A DNA stretch of 64,000 bases from Octopus sinensis (Eukaryota): assembly GCF_006345805.1 (NCBI RefSeq), contig NW_021835985.1, forward strand, positions 11,111-75,110, given 5' to 3'. Both the position numbers and the translations under genes were made by a program. The notes under the pieces are model-generated. The model had not been told where the DNA came from. It saw nothing but the letters and a program-made list of their open reading frames with translations, and did not search any database. Numbering within the stretch: the first letter of the stretch is position 1; each line of letters starts with the position of its first letter. This document shows positions 12,263 through 25,071 of this stretch, one piece after another.

Positions 12263-14415
12263 ATTCTGTATCTTGAAAACTTTTGATCTTATAATTACTC
12301 AAGAAATCACTGAAGTCTCAAATGTTTTCAGGGTATAAAATGTGTCAAAATATTGCAAATAAGCATAAAAAATGAACAAAATTTGCTAATTCATATTTGT
12401 TGTTTTTTAAATACGCATTTGCAATACATTGACACATGTATCTTGGAAACTTTTGACACTTTTTTTTTTTAATACTTATTTGCAATATTTTGACACATTT
12501 TATTTTCTGAAAAGTTTTATGAATTGAGTGAACTCTTGGATTTATATTTATCAAAGAGATCACTAAAGTGTCAAAAGTTTTCAGATTAAAAAAATACATG
12601 AAAATATTGCAAATAAGTACTAAAAAACAACAAATTTGAATTAGCAATTTTGTTCAATTTGTTATGCTTATTTGACAGGTTTTCTTTTCTGAAAGCTTTT
12701 ATGAATTGAGTGATCTCTTTGGGTAAATACAAGTTAGCTGATTGATAAAAAAATTAAATTTATCAAAATTTATCAAAATTGCTAATTTAAATTTGCAATA
12801 TTGTATCCCGAAGGATCCAATATTGCAAATTTAAATTAGCAATTTTGAAAACACACAAAAAATACACAGAAAACAACCGAAAACACTCAAAAGACACTCA
12901 AAACAAAAAAGTCACAAAAAACTGATCCAAAAGACATATGCCTGAAAACTTTCGAGACTTCAGTGATCTCTTGGATAAATATAAGCTTTTTATCAATCAG
13001 TTAACTTATATTTACCGAAGAGATCACTCAAGTCAAAAAAGTGTTTTTTGTGTCTTTTTAGTGTCTTTGAAGAGTTTTTGTGTTTGTTTTGTGTGTTTTT
13101 GTGTCTGTTTTTTGTGACTTTTGAGTATTTTGATTTTTTTTACTATGTTTCTTGTGTGTATTTTGTGTGTTTTATTTGTGCTTTCAAGAGTGTTTTGTGT
13201 CTTTTAAGAGTCTTTAGTGCTTGTTTTGTGTGTAGTTTTTGTGTGTTTTGAGTGTGTTTTGAGTGTGTTTTGAGAGTGTCTTGTAAACACAAGACTTTTT
13301 GTGTTTTGTCTTTTTTATGCATCTTTTTTATGCATTTGAAAAGTCTTTTGTTTTTGTTTTATGTGAGTTTTGCTTGTTTTTTGTGCTTTTTGTGTTTTTT
13401 GTGCTTTTTGTGTTTTTTGGGTAATGCTTGTTTTTAGTGTGTTAGTTTTGCCTTATGGTGTTTTTTCTGTGTTTTTTGTGCTTTTTGTGTTTTGTGTGTT
13501 TTGTATTTGTTTTGTCTGTGTTTTTTGTTTGTTTTGTGTGCTTTGCGTCTGTTTCGCGGGTGTTTTGTGCGTGAGGCGTGTTTTTTCGTTTGTTTTGTGT
13601 AGCATTAGTAGAATTAGTAGTAGTTCAAATAGTAGAAGTATTAGTAGTAGTAGTAGTCGAAGTAGTAGTACTAGTATTAGTAGTATTAGTAGTAGTAGTA
13701 GTAGTTATAGTAGTAGTAGTTATAGTAAGTATTATTATTAGTAGTAGTAGTAGTACAAATAGTAGTAGTATTAGTAGAAAATGGTTAGGGTTACGTTTAG
13801 GGATAGGGTTAGTGTTCAGGGGTTGGGTTACCGATACTGTTGGAATTAGGGTTATGTTTAAGGTTAGGTTTTTGGGGTTTGGGATACAGTTAGGGTAAAT
13901 TTTAGGGTTTTTGTTAGGGTTAGTGTTGGGGTTGGGTTTGAAAATAAACTTGCATTGATTTAAGAGTTCACTGAAATCAGAAAAGTTTTCAGAAAACAAA
14001 ATTCTAAGTATTGCAAATAAGCAAGTAAATGTGAACAAAATTGCAAATTTAAATTTGTTTTTTCAGTGCACTCGTTACACATTTTTTAGATGTCATTTTT
14101 CTGACAAACACTTTGTTATTATCATTATAATTATTAATATTATTATCATTCTTACATATTTGCATTATTTTGATACATTTAGATTTCTATGAATGACTTT
14201 AGTGATTGTAATAAAATATTTTATTACATACAATCTTATTATCGACCAGCTAATACATAGTTCCAAAACAACATTAAGTGAGTCAGAAAAGTGATGTCAC
14301 AAATGTGTTAAATGTCCACTAAGAAGCAACAATTTCTCATTTGCAATTTTGTTGACTTTTTCATGCTTATTTGCAATACTAGTAGTAGTAGTACAAATAG
14401 TAGTACTAGTAGAAT

Positions 14416-14450
<35 letters not shown>

Positions 14451-14945
14451 AAAATAGTAGTAGTAATATTAGTAGTAGTAGAAGTAGTTGTCATAGTAGA
14501 CGTAATAATATTAGTAATAGTAGTAGTAGTATTAGTAATAGTAGTAGTAGTTGTGTTGTGTGGGTTGTGTGATTTCAGGTGTGTTTTGCATATTTCTTAT
14601 GTCTTGTTTGTTTTGTTGCTGTTTTTTGTGTTTTGCGTTCCTGTTAGTTGTATTTTGTTTGTCTTCTGTGTATATTTTGTCTGTTTTGTGTGAGTTTAGT
14701 GTGTGCGTATTGTTTGTTTTGTAGTTTTTCGTGTTTTTTGTGCCTTTGGTGTGTGTTTTATTTGTTTTGTGTTTATTTTTGTTTTTTTTTATTGTGTGCA
14801 TTTTGCGTGTGTTTTGTCGATGTTTTCTGTGTTTTATGTGAGTTTTGTGTGTGCATTTGCAATACTTTTCTGAAAACTTTTTCTGATTTCAGTGAACTCT
14901 TACAATCAACGTAAGCTTATTTTCTATCAATTAACTTATATTTGA
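12263..14945. repeat. AT-rich and low-complexity block: 141-bp-satellite relics, G/T-rich tracts, and (TAG)n at ~13610-13780 and ~14378-14550
   Basis: Similar to 3656-4760 (shared junction and blocks), with long (AGT)n runs and TG/T-rich simple sequence. Confidence 0.85.
13783..13938 (+). repeat. Short degenerate (TTAGGG)n telomere-like tract
   Basis: Six exact TTAGGG (13785, 13797, 13846, 13890, 13902, 13914) among variants such as TTGGGG, ATAGGG and TTAAGG. Confidence 0.7.
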
Positions 14946-14946
14946 C

Positions 14947-16566
14947 ACTAACTCAAACCCTAATGCTAACCATAAACCTAACCCCAACCTAACTCCAACC
15001 CTAACCCCAACCCTAACCTTAACCCTAACCCCAACACTAACCCTAACCCTAACCCTAAGCCAAACTCTAACCCCAACCCTAACCCTAACCCCTCACCCTA
15101 AAACTAACCCTAACCTGACTCTAACCACTAGCCCTAACCGTAAACCTACTCCAAACGCTAACCCTAACCCTAACACTAACCTTAAAATTAATCAAACCCT
15201 AACCTAATCCTAACCCTAATTCTACCCCTAACCCTAACCCTAACCCTGACTCTAACCCCTGACCCTAGCCCTAAACTTAACCCTAACCCTAAAACTAACT
15301 CTACACCTAACCCTAACCCTATCCCTTACACTAACTCTACAGCTAACCCTAACCCTAACATTAACCCTAACCCTAACCCTAACCTCGACTCTAACCCCTA
15401 ACCCTAACCCTAACCCTAACCCTAACTCTACCCCTTACCCTGACTCTAATCCCTGACCGTAACCCTAACCCTATCCCTAACCCAAAACCCAACCCTAACC
15501 CTAACCCTAACCCTAACCTTAACCCTAACCATAACACAAACTCTACCCCTTACCCTAACCCTGAATCTAATCCCTGACCCTAGCCCTAACCGTAACCCTA
15601 ATCCAAACCATAACCCTAACCCCAACCCTTTCCTTAACCCTAACCCTAACCCTACCCTAACCCTAACCCTAACACTAACTCTACCCCTTACCCTAACCCT
15701 GACTCTAATCCCTGACCCTAGCCCTAACCGTAACCCTAATCCAAACCATAACCCTAACCCTAACTCTAACCCTAACACTAACCCTAACCCTAACCCTAAT
15801 CCTAATCCTAACGCTAACCCTAAACTTAACCCTACCCTAACCCTAACCCTAATCCCTGAACCTCGCCCTAACCCTAACCCTAACCTTAACCCTATCCCTA
15901 ACCCTAACCCTACACTTAACCCAAAACCAAACCCTGACCTTAACCCTAATTCTACCCCTTACCCTAACCCTGACTCTAATCCCTGACCCTAGCCCTAACC
16001 CCAACCCTACACTTAACCCACAACCTAACCCTAACCCTAAATCTACCCCTTACCCTAACCCTGACTCTAATCCCTTACCTTAGCCTAATCCAAACCATAA
16101 CCCTAACCCTAACCCTAATGCTAACCCTAACCCTAACCCTACACTTAACCCTAACCCTAACCCTAACACTAACTCTATCCCTTACCCTAACCCTGACCCT
16201 AGACCTTACCGTAACCCTAACCCTAACTCTAACCCTAACCCTACACTTAACCCTAACCCTTACTCTAACCCCTAACCCTAACCCTAACTCTACCCCTTAC
16301 CCTAACCCTAACCCTGACTCTAATTCCTTACCTTAGCCTAATCCAAACCATAACCCTAACCCTAATCCTACACTTAACCCTAACCCTAACCCTAACACTA
16401 ACTCTACCCCTTACCCTAGACCTTACCGTAACCCTAATCCAAACCATAACCCTATCCCTAACCCTACACTAACCCTAACCCTAACCCTTTCCCTAACCCT
16501 TACTCTAACCCTAACCCTACCCTAACCCTAACACTAACCCTACCCCTATCCCTAACCCTAACCCTT
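14947..16566 (-). repeat. Degenerate interstitial telomeric array, (CCCTAA)n on + / (TTAGGG)n on -
   Basis: About 1.6 kb of CCCTAA and variant hexamers (CTCTAA, CCCTGA, CCTTAA, CACTAA, CCATAA). Confidence 0.96.
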
Positions 16567-16714
16567 ACAATAGGATTTATATTTTTTAATTTTTAAGTGA
16601 GATTTGAAATATTGTAAATGTGTCTTAAATTTGGCAGGTATAATGTATGGACGGAAGGGTATGGACGGAAGGGTATGGACCGAAGGGTATGGACAGTGAA
16701 GTCGACTCAGAAGG

Positions 16715-18040
16715 AGTTATTGCCTGGAGGACTATGATAAATAGGAGGGGGGTGAGGACAGAACCTTGGTGGACCCCTACCTCTACCCTGAATTCTTTAG
16801 TATACTCGTTGCCAACCCTCACCTTACTGACAGCGTGTACATGGCTTGTACAGCTCTCACTAACCATTCATCTATCCCTAGTTTCCTCATTGATAAGGGA
16901 TCGGGGGACTCTATCAAAGGCTTTCTGCATGTCAACGAAAGCCAGGTACAGGGGCTTATCTTTGGCTAGATATTTCTCCTGCAGCTGTCTTACCAGGAAT
17001 ATAGCATCAGTGGTGCTTTTCCCTGGCACTAAACCAAACTGCATCTCATCCAAGCTGACACTCACCCTAATCAGTTGGGCTATGACCCTCTCCGTAACCT
17101 TCATTACCTAATCCAACAGCTTGATACCTCTGTAATTATTTGTATCTAAAAGCGTGACCTTTACCTTTGTAGCAATTGACTATTATGCTGCTACACCAGT
17201 CATTGGGTATGACTCCTTCATGTATCACCTGGTTAACTATATGGGTGACTAGACTATAGCCGACACTACCAGATATTTTAAGCATCTCTGCAGTAATTCC
17301 TGATGGGCCTGGGGCTTTCCCTGTCTTCATTCCACTAATTGCCTTAACTACTAAGGAACTGTCAACTCAGATAGCTGGTCCCTCTGTTGGGTCGACATTC
17401 GGCAGACTCTTTTTATCCCATTCATTTTTTTTATTCAGCAACCTTTCATAGTGGTGTCTCCAAACCTCTCTCTTTGCAGCCTCATTCAGTGTTAATGAAC
17501 CATCATCTATGCGAACACATTTCTCTCCTACAACATCACGATTCTTTCTCACACACTGTCTTGCAACACAGAATACCTCCAGCCTTTGGTCCTCACGGCG
17601 CAGAACATTGGCAAATTTTTTCTTATCTGCTTCCCCTCTGGCTAAATAAACCTGTCTCCTAGCTTCTCTTTTGGCAGTCTGATACAATTCCCTGCTACCA
17701 CCATTTTTCCAGTCCTTCCAAGCCTGTCTCTTTTCTCTAATAGCCCTGTCTACAACATTGTTCCACCACCACGTTATTTTGAGTCGAGAGGGTACTTTAC
17801 ACCATCCACAGATCTGGTCCGTGGCAGGTTGTCCCTTAGAGACCTCCAGTAGTCTTCTACCCTATGTGAAGCTATATCTCCTACTACTTCGTCAACGGCT
17901 TCAAGTAATATGTCCCTAAGTCTCTGTCCATTCGCAGGATCTTTAAGCTTCCAGATCCTTCTTCTCCATGTTGGTCGTCTCTTAGACCTGATCCTGAAGT
18001 CACTAACTATTAGTCTATGTTGTGGGGTACATTCAATGTT
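16715..18040 (-). mobile_element. RTE-clade non-LTR retrotransposon fragment, truncated at both ends (mid-ORF to RT)
   Basis: ORFs MKTGKAPGPSGITAEMLK, QFGLVPGKSTTDAIF...YLAFVDMQKAFDRV and VGVHQGSVLTPLLFII; the sequence stops before YADD. Confidence 0.93.
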
Positions 18041-18044
18041 GTCT

Positions 18045-18430
18045 GTGATTGTAGAACTTGTAACACGTCAGTTAGTGGGAAAACCCAATGCAACCATGGA
18101 CAAGGCACCCTTAAAGCCCATTCTGGCTGTAAAAGAATCCTTTTCCAAGATTATTATTGATGTGGTTGGTCCATTGCCCAGAACAAAGGCAGGATATCAC
18201 TACTTATTAACTGTATTGGATCACCAGAGACAATTCCGTTGAAAGAAGTTTCTGCAACTACTGTAGCTGATGCTTTGGTGAAGCAGATCACAATCCCTTA
18301 CTTTTCATTAATAAAGTGAAAGGCACTAATCAGAGGATTCTGAGGTGGAGCTTGTACCTGCAACACAATTTAGTTTGAATATTTGTCATATTGCAGGAAA
18401 TGCTAATTTACTTGCACTATCCAGGTGTTA
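18045..18430 (+). mobile_element. Ty3/Gypsy (Gmr1-like) pol relic: integrase N-terminal part joined to the RNase H C-terminus
   Basis: QLVGKPN...APLKPI...ESFSKIIIDVVGPLPRTKAGYHYLLTVLD (integrase), then KGTNQRILRWSLYLQ...HIAGNAN...LSRC* (RNase H end). Confidence 0.75.
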
Positions 18431-18556
18431 GCACTTACCATGTATATATTTTATGTACAAGTACATATTTGACTTCTACATTTTCTGGATGATATTTGTA
18501 TCTTTTTGAAAATTGTTTATTGCGCATAAAAATTTTCCCTTTTAAGGGGAAAGGAA

Positions 18557-19343
18557 TGTTAGGAAATATTAAATCCTAATGTTAAGTTAAACAGGTAAAC
18601 AGTTTTTCATGCTGCACTGTCCATTGTCAAAATGGGGGAAGCTAGGTATTATTAGCCAAAACTGTGAAACTATAACATATTGGCTAGACCTTGGCAAACC
18701 TTTATAAGCAAAGATAATTATACCCCGCAGTTTTTCTGACAGTTTTTTCTGTGAGACAAAGTTGTTCAATTGGATTTTGGAAGCTGTGATTGTCTGCTTA
18801 GTTTACGCACTCTGTGCTTTGTGTTAGGTATTTAGGGATTTATTTTATGCTCCAGGAATTCGCCAGAACTGCCGTCAGATTTTAAAAATTTCTGTGTCAC
18901 ATCTGGGTCTAAGGTTCAAAAATTGAATTTGTACTAAAATGGAAGTCCAGATTTTATGAAATCTAAATGTTTGGAATCCATCTTTTTGAAAAAGCAAATT
19001 TGTATGGCCAGGGTTTGTGTGAGGCCAATTTTGGTGAAACCAAAAATTGTGAATCCAGAGTTACAGATCCAAGTTTGTGAAATCAAGTTGGTGAAGCCGC
19101 AATTCTGAGTCTGAATTTCTGAACTGTATTTATATGTTACCTTTGTAAATACTTTGACTGCATGTATTGTGTGGCATTGGTTTTTTGTTAATGTATATAT
19201 TTGTTTTTGTATGTAGGCTGTTTTTTCCATGCTGACAATTGTTAATAATATTTTACAAAAAATTTCATGGTGTGTTGTTGTTTTGGGTTCATCCTATCTT
19301 TGTTGATTCTGTAAATTCGGGTTATGGCCACCAGGTGGTAACA
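18557..19343 (+). mobile_element. Putative 3' LTR of the Gypsy relic
   Basis: Preceded by the polypurine tract AAGGGGAAAGGAA; begins TGTTAG at 18557 and ends TAACA at 19339-19343. Confidence 0.6.
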
Positions 19344-19857
19344 ATACAGACAGATATATGAATGTATGGAATTACAAACAGAACAGAAGACAATATCTGG
19401 AATTATTTTTCTCTTCTCAACAAGAAAAAAGGAACAACAAAATCTTTATGAAAAAGAAATATTTGAAAATTTAATACAGATGATTTTAAAAATGCATATA
19501 TGTCTATATACATATATACATATTTATATACACACACACATAAATAATGTAAGATATTTACAATCTAAGAGGTCAGTTCAAGGTGATCCTGTTAATGATT
19601 ACATCATAGAGCACCTGTCATTCCCTCTGCCCAAATTAAGCCAAAATAGGTGTAGGTAAGTAGGTGTGTGTGTACCTGTGAGCATGTCTTAGCTGATTCA
19701 GTGAAATACAACACTAGAACAATCAATGGAGTCATGACTATAACTACATAAAATGTTCTTCAGACAAAGAAAACATTATTAGCTGTAGTCCTGGCTCCAC
19801 TGAGTGATATTTGGTCTGTAGCAAGACACTAAGAAATTGGAAGTCATTCAATACGTT

Positions 19858-19895
<38 letters not shown>

Positions 19896-22397
19896 TTTCA
19901 ATTCTAGAGTGAATGGTATGTGCTTTGGCTCTCAAGAAATGTAAATTGCTTCATCTGTTATAGTTTTATACATAATATCTGTGTGTATATACAGGTGTAT
20001 GTATGTGCACACACACACACACACACACACACAGGCATGGCTATATGATTAAGAAATTTTATTTGCAACCACATGATTTTCGGATTCAATACCCCTGTGC
20101 AGCATGTTGGGCCAGCATCTTCTACTATAGCTTTGTGAGAGAAATTGATAGATGGAATCTCTCTCTCTCTCTCTCTGTGTTTTTGTTTTAGTAATGTTTT
20201 TGCTTGAAAGACAAAAGCAGTGACATTATGCTGACAACTGCCAGTCAAGAAATCCTCCTTCAAAGACAAGCAGAATAAAAATCACTAACTTGAAAAAAGA
20301 GTCAGCAAGAGGAAGAGCAGCAGAGTGGAACGCTTCAATAAAAAGCGTTTGTCTAACCTATACTAAAGGGGGGGACCAAACATTAAATCTGTGAACAAAT
20401 ATATATATATGTTTGTTGTGTGTAGTTATATCTATGTATATGTGTATACAAATACATGTACTTGTGTGAGTCACACAAATATACATGTGAGTACATATAT
20501 AAACAGATAGAAACTCATACAGGTAAATACATATATACAAATATATCTGTTTACATAATATATATATAGATGTACTTGCACATATATACATTCATCCATA
20601 CATATACATACATACATATTTATATATTATACGCATGCACACACATTCATACACAAGAGAAATTTTTTTATTTTATTACCAATCATATAAAACTGCATTA
20701 AATACTACCAGTATAAAGCATGTGGCATCATATACACCTCTGATTACATGCACAGATACATACACATGAAAATATTCAAATTCAAATATATGGTTTAAAA
20801 AAAAAACAAGTAAACATTTGTGACAATCAAAGAAAATTCTCTTTTAGCTACCACCACCACCACCACCACCACCATAGAATCTCAAACTTTGATCTTCACA
20901 ATCATCACATACTCAACAGCAGCAGCAGCAATAAATAACAGTAACACAATTGTCTTCATTTGTTTTTTAAATCTAAGTGAAATATGACTTATTTAATGGT
21001 CCTGGCAGGCTATGATTCAAAGTTGAAGTCTCTTTTTTAAAACTAGGATTGTGATTTAAGGGAAATTTGGCTGCTATTTCAAGCAATAGAGCGTAATATC
21101 TAAAGACATACATTGTTTTGTCTCGTAGTGGTAGTGGTGGTCACTTTTTTTAAGACAAGTTGTGATTCAAGGGCAATTTGACTTCTATTTCTAACAAGCC
21201 AAAATGTAGCGTTGGGGAAGTATGTCCCCCTCCCACTCCCGTTGACTTATATAGTGTTGAAAGGTGGTGGTGGTGGTGACCAATTGAAAGGGACAGGTGA
21301 AGTGTTCTCAGTTTGTGGTTGGGTGATTGAGTGGATGGATGGTGATGGAGGTGTGGAGCAAGATGAAGGAAACAAATGCATGGAGAAAGGGAGGGAGTAA
21401 CAGGCTCCACCATCACCATCTCAGCCAGTCATCATTACCACCATCATTGTTAACATCAGTAATCCCTTATTCTCATCATCATCATCATCATCATCACCTG
21501 TATGAGCAAGCATAGTTGTACATCTTTCATCCGTACTGTACCATCAACTGTTGTCATCAGAAACATCATCATCACTACCATCCAGCATCCTTAATACTCT
21601 ATCCCCATCATCACCATCTTTTATCCTTAATACTGTCATCATCAGTTACCATCACAATCAACAACATTATTCTCACCTTCCCAACCACGACCATCAACAA
21701 TGATAGTTAGTAGTAGTAGTTTTAGTTGTTGTTGTTGCTGTAATGGCTTTAGCCCAATGTCAGCTTTGATTGAGCATATCTATTCAGGATTAAAGGCTAT
21801 AACCATCCCATTCATTAGTTTCCGGCTACAACCATCCCATTTATTCATTTTCTAGGCACTATGTCCTGTGGACTGCATTATCCAATTTGTCTTTCACTTT
21901 TTTGCTGCTATTTCTAGCATGTCGGGTGATCACATAGAGGCTCTCTTGTCACCAGGTGGCACTGGGAGGGATGGACACAGTGACAGCAGTGGTTGTGGTC
22001 ATAGTGGTGGTGGTGGTTGCAGAGCCAGTAGCAGTCTAAACCTCCACCACTACTGCCACCATTATTTAAACTACTTCAACAATGATGGTCAGTTGGTCAG
22101 ACAGTCAGTCATTCTAGTTATTGCTTAAACCCTAAGGTCCAACCTATTCAAAGGTATTCCAGTCATGACCATCCCATTTTTTAAAATTCTAGGCATATTG
22201 TTTTTATCTTTTAGTTTACGGATGGTACAGTGTAATATTTACAGGAGAAACAGGGAATTTCACTGTTATTTCTAGTAAGATGAGCAACCACATGGTCATT
22301 CCAGAATAACAGTTCTGTTGTTGATTCCATTCAGTAAGTGGATCAATTCCTTTGGCCAGAGAATCAGTGTGTCAGTGCAGTGAATCGATTGATCAGC

Positions 22398-22550
22398 TTA
22401 ATATGGTGTGATCTTGAAGGCACTTATGTCATTTGGTTTGATGAAGAGGTGAGACTGAGAGAGAGAGGAGTTACTCTCATACAGCAAAGACAGAGATGTG
22501 CTGCGAATGTCCTTCAGTTTTATATCTTTGAATAAAGAGTTCAAGTCCAC
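22398..22550 (-). CDS. MAN2A1: Golgi alpha-mannosidase II, last coding exon (VDLNSLFKD...KPNDISAFKITPY*)
   Basis: TAG acceptor after a polypyrimidine tract, phase 0, 50 codons plus TAA; resembles the GH38 ManII C-terminus. Confidence 0.85.
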   Translation of the reverse strand: MDLNSLFKDIKLKDIRSTSLSLLYESNSSLSQSHLFIKPNDISAFKITPY

Positions 22551-22954
22551 CTAGTAACAAAAAAAAAAGAAACAAATTAACTAATTAGATAATTTCATTT
22601 AAAGACAGTTAAAAAAAAAGTAAAAAAATCATTCAATTAAAAACGATGAGGGATATGCAAGTGAAAATTAACAAAATAATTTTTTTTTTACTTTCAGAGA
22701 GGGTAGGGCAGTAGCCTTGTGTGTGTGTCTGTGAGCACCTGAGTGTGTGTTTTCTTCCTTTTTCCCCTGGGTGAGAGATAAAAGAAAGTTACTCTTGATC
22801 CAAAGACTGGATTTGAGGGAGAGCTAACTGATATTTCTAACAGATCAAGTAACGATACAGAGGCTCCGTTGTCTCTGTGTTGTTATAGTAACAGTGTTAG
22901 TAGGATGGTGGTGGTAGTGACAGGTGTTGCAAAAGGTAGCTATAAGATTCTTAC

Positions 22955-23287
22955 CTTTCCATTTCCAATTGTGCAACTGAGTCCCAGGTTGGGGAAATCA
23001 CAGTCAAATGAGAAGCGGTGCAAGATGAGTGCAGCACTGTTCTGTGGCACAAATTTTAGGCTGGGGTCATCATCCTTGTTCTGCAAAGTGCGTAGGTTCA
23101 ACAGATGCACATCACATGTCAGACCACTGCTACTGCCATCAAGGGTAGAAGAGAAGGAAGGTAACAGCTGAAGATCAATATTACTACTGTCGGGATTCCT
23201 TGGTGACACATACAGTGGGTGGATGAGGTGCAATGAAGTGAGATGGGCCAGCAATGAGAGAGGTTTTACTTGGTTCTTCATTTCAAG
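22955..23287 (-). CDS. MAN2A1: Golgi alpha-mannosidase II exon (LEMKNQVKPLSLLAH...CDVHLLNLRTL...ALILHRFSFDC...GNGK)
   Basis: CAG acceptor and GTAAG donor, 333 bp, phase 0-0; ManII C-terminal motifs. Confidence 0.92.
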
Positions 23288-23974
23288 CTGCAAAAAATAT
23301 ATTTGGGGGAGATAGTTGATATAGTTTGTTAGAGCTTTATAATTTCAAAGAAAAATTTTAACAATAATTAAAAAGGAATCTGATTTAACAAGTTACTATA
23401 CTTTCAAAAGCTCTACTCCACTACTAATTAGGACATGTAAGTTGTGCCAAATTAACATCAACATAGAAGAATGTAATATTATAGAGATTTTAAACTCTTC
23501 ATGACACATCATTTAACTCCCCCGCCCCCTAGTCATGCAATCCCAAAAATGGCAATGCACCGAAGTGAATAAAAAAAAAAGATTAACAATTCTCTTGTAA
23601 TATTCTCTAATATTTAGGCTTAAAAACCAAACAAAAAAATGCAATTCTATGCACAAATTACTGTGGTTGAGAAGAATTGTACATAATGCATAAGAGGGAA
23701 GACAGTGCTGGCATAGGTAAGTAATGTCTATGGAAAATTTCAGTCATGCCAAAACTGTTGAGCAGTCCAAGTGATGGAATTTGTGAAAGGAAGAGACCAT
23801 GGGAAGAAATGGTGAAAGCTTGGAGGAATGGGGAGACAAAAATGGACAGAAAACTGAGGATGGTGATGGTAATGGTAGTAGTGGTAGGATGAATAATAGA
23901 AACATTTGGGGGTCTGTTTTACACCCATTGTAATGTGGCTCTATTATAGACCATTTTGATAATGAATAAACAGC

Positions 23975-24990
23975 AACCTTATTATCATGGCTGATGACTT
24001 TAATGGATATGTTAGGCTACACATAGATACCTACTCATGCACACATGGAAGCTATAGATATAGTAAAAGGAATGAAGGCTCAGTGTTTTGTAGCACAAAT
24101 GACCAAGACATTTGCAACGTTATCTTCCAGAAAAAAACCCAGTCACATGACCATCTGCTGCTCATGTGAACATGTATGCCAAAAAAATTACACACTCACT
24201 AGGAAACAGGACGGCCAGCTAATTATGAAAGCTAAGTTTTTCACGGGTGAAGAATGTAGCATTCAACATAGTTTGATGATTAGTAACTTGAAAAACAAGA
24301 ATTACACAGACTCAGAGATGAGACAATCTGGAGAAAGGTGTGGAAACTGAAAGATCTCTATAAAACACTGATTCAAAGAGATTTCAGATGAGGAATATGT
24401 TGAGAAGGAAAAATGACCTAAGACAAAGAGTATAAATATAGAAGACAGCCTGCTGCAGCAAAGTTTCAACCAAACATGATGATATGATGGGGGAATGGTA
24501 CAAGAGACAGACCCATCAAAGCTATATGACTGATAAGATGAGAGTAGGGAAGAACATCAAGAAACTAGATGAAAAGCTAGACAATAGGTACATAAAGCAA
24601 AGAAAGAAGCAGAAAATAAGAGGTTTGTCAATGTACTATGATGAGAGGGGTAAAGTGTTTTAAATTGCAAAGCAGTGTGTCAGTATGTGAATCAATACAT
24701 CATTCAGGAAAAGTATATTTAGAGTGACAATGGTACACTCTCCATTACCATGCTGAAAAGAAATTCTTGGAAATGCTGCTATGAAAAGTTGATGAATATA
24801 GAGAAAGTGTGGGAAACAGAAGGATGAGTTAAGAAGATGACACCTGTAGAGTCAAAGTGATTGAAAAACATTAACGGAGGGAAGGCAGGTGGCCTGTCAA
24901 GGATAGTCAATGAAGTGGTGAAAATCAAAGTAGGGATAGTGCTAGTCACTTGTGTAGTCAGCCATGTAGTACAAAGAGGTGATATGCCCT
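23975..24990 (+). mobile_element. Highly degenerate RTE LINE fragment
   Basis: ADDFNGYV (GDFNGHV-like) and KFFTGEECSIQHSLMIS (TFPGEECTTQHRLVVS-like). Confidence 0.65.
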
Positions 24991-25071
24991 CATTCACTCA
25001 TTCATTTGTCAGAATATTCAAACTCAACACAAAATTATTCACAGAAAGAAATTAATATTAAATATACTCAC

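Noticed and set aside
16647-17111. Antisense ORFs over RTE copies (MNSSVIAWRT... at 16647, 31994, 36960, 40577, 44410)
   Set aside because: Shadow frames of the RT coding sequence
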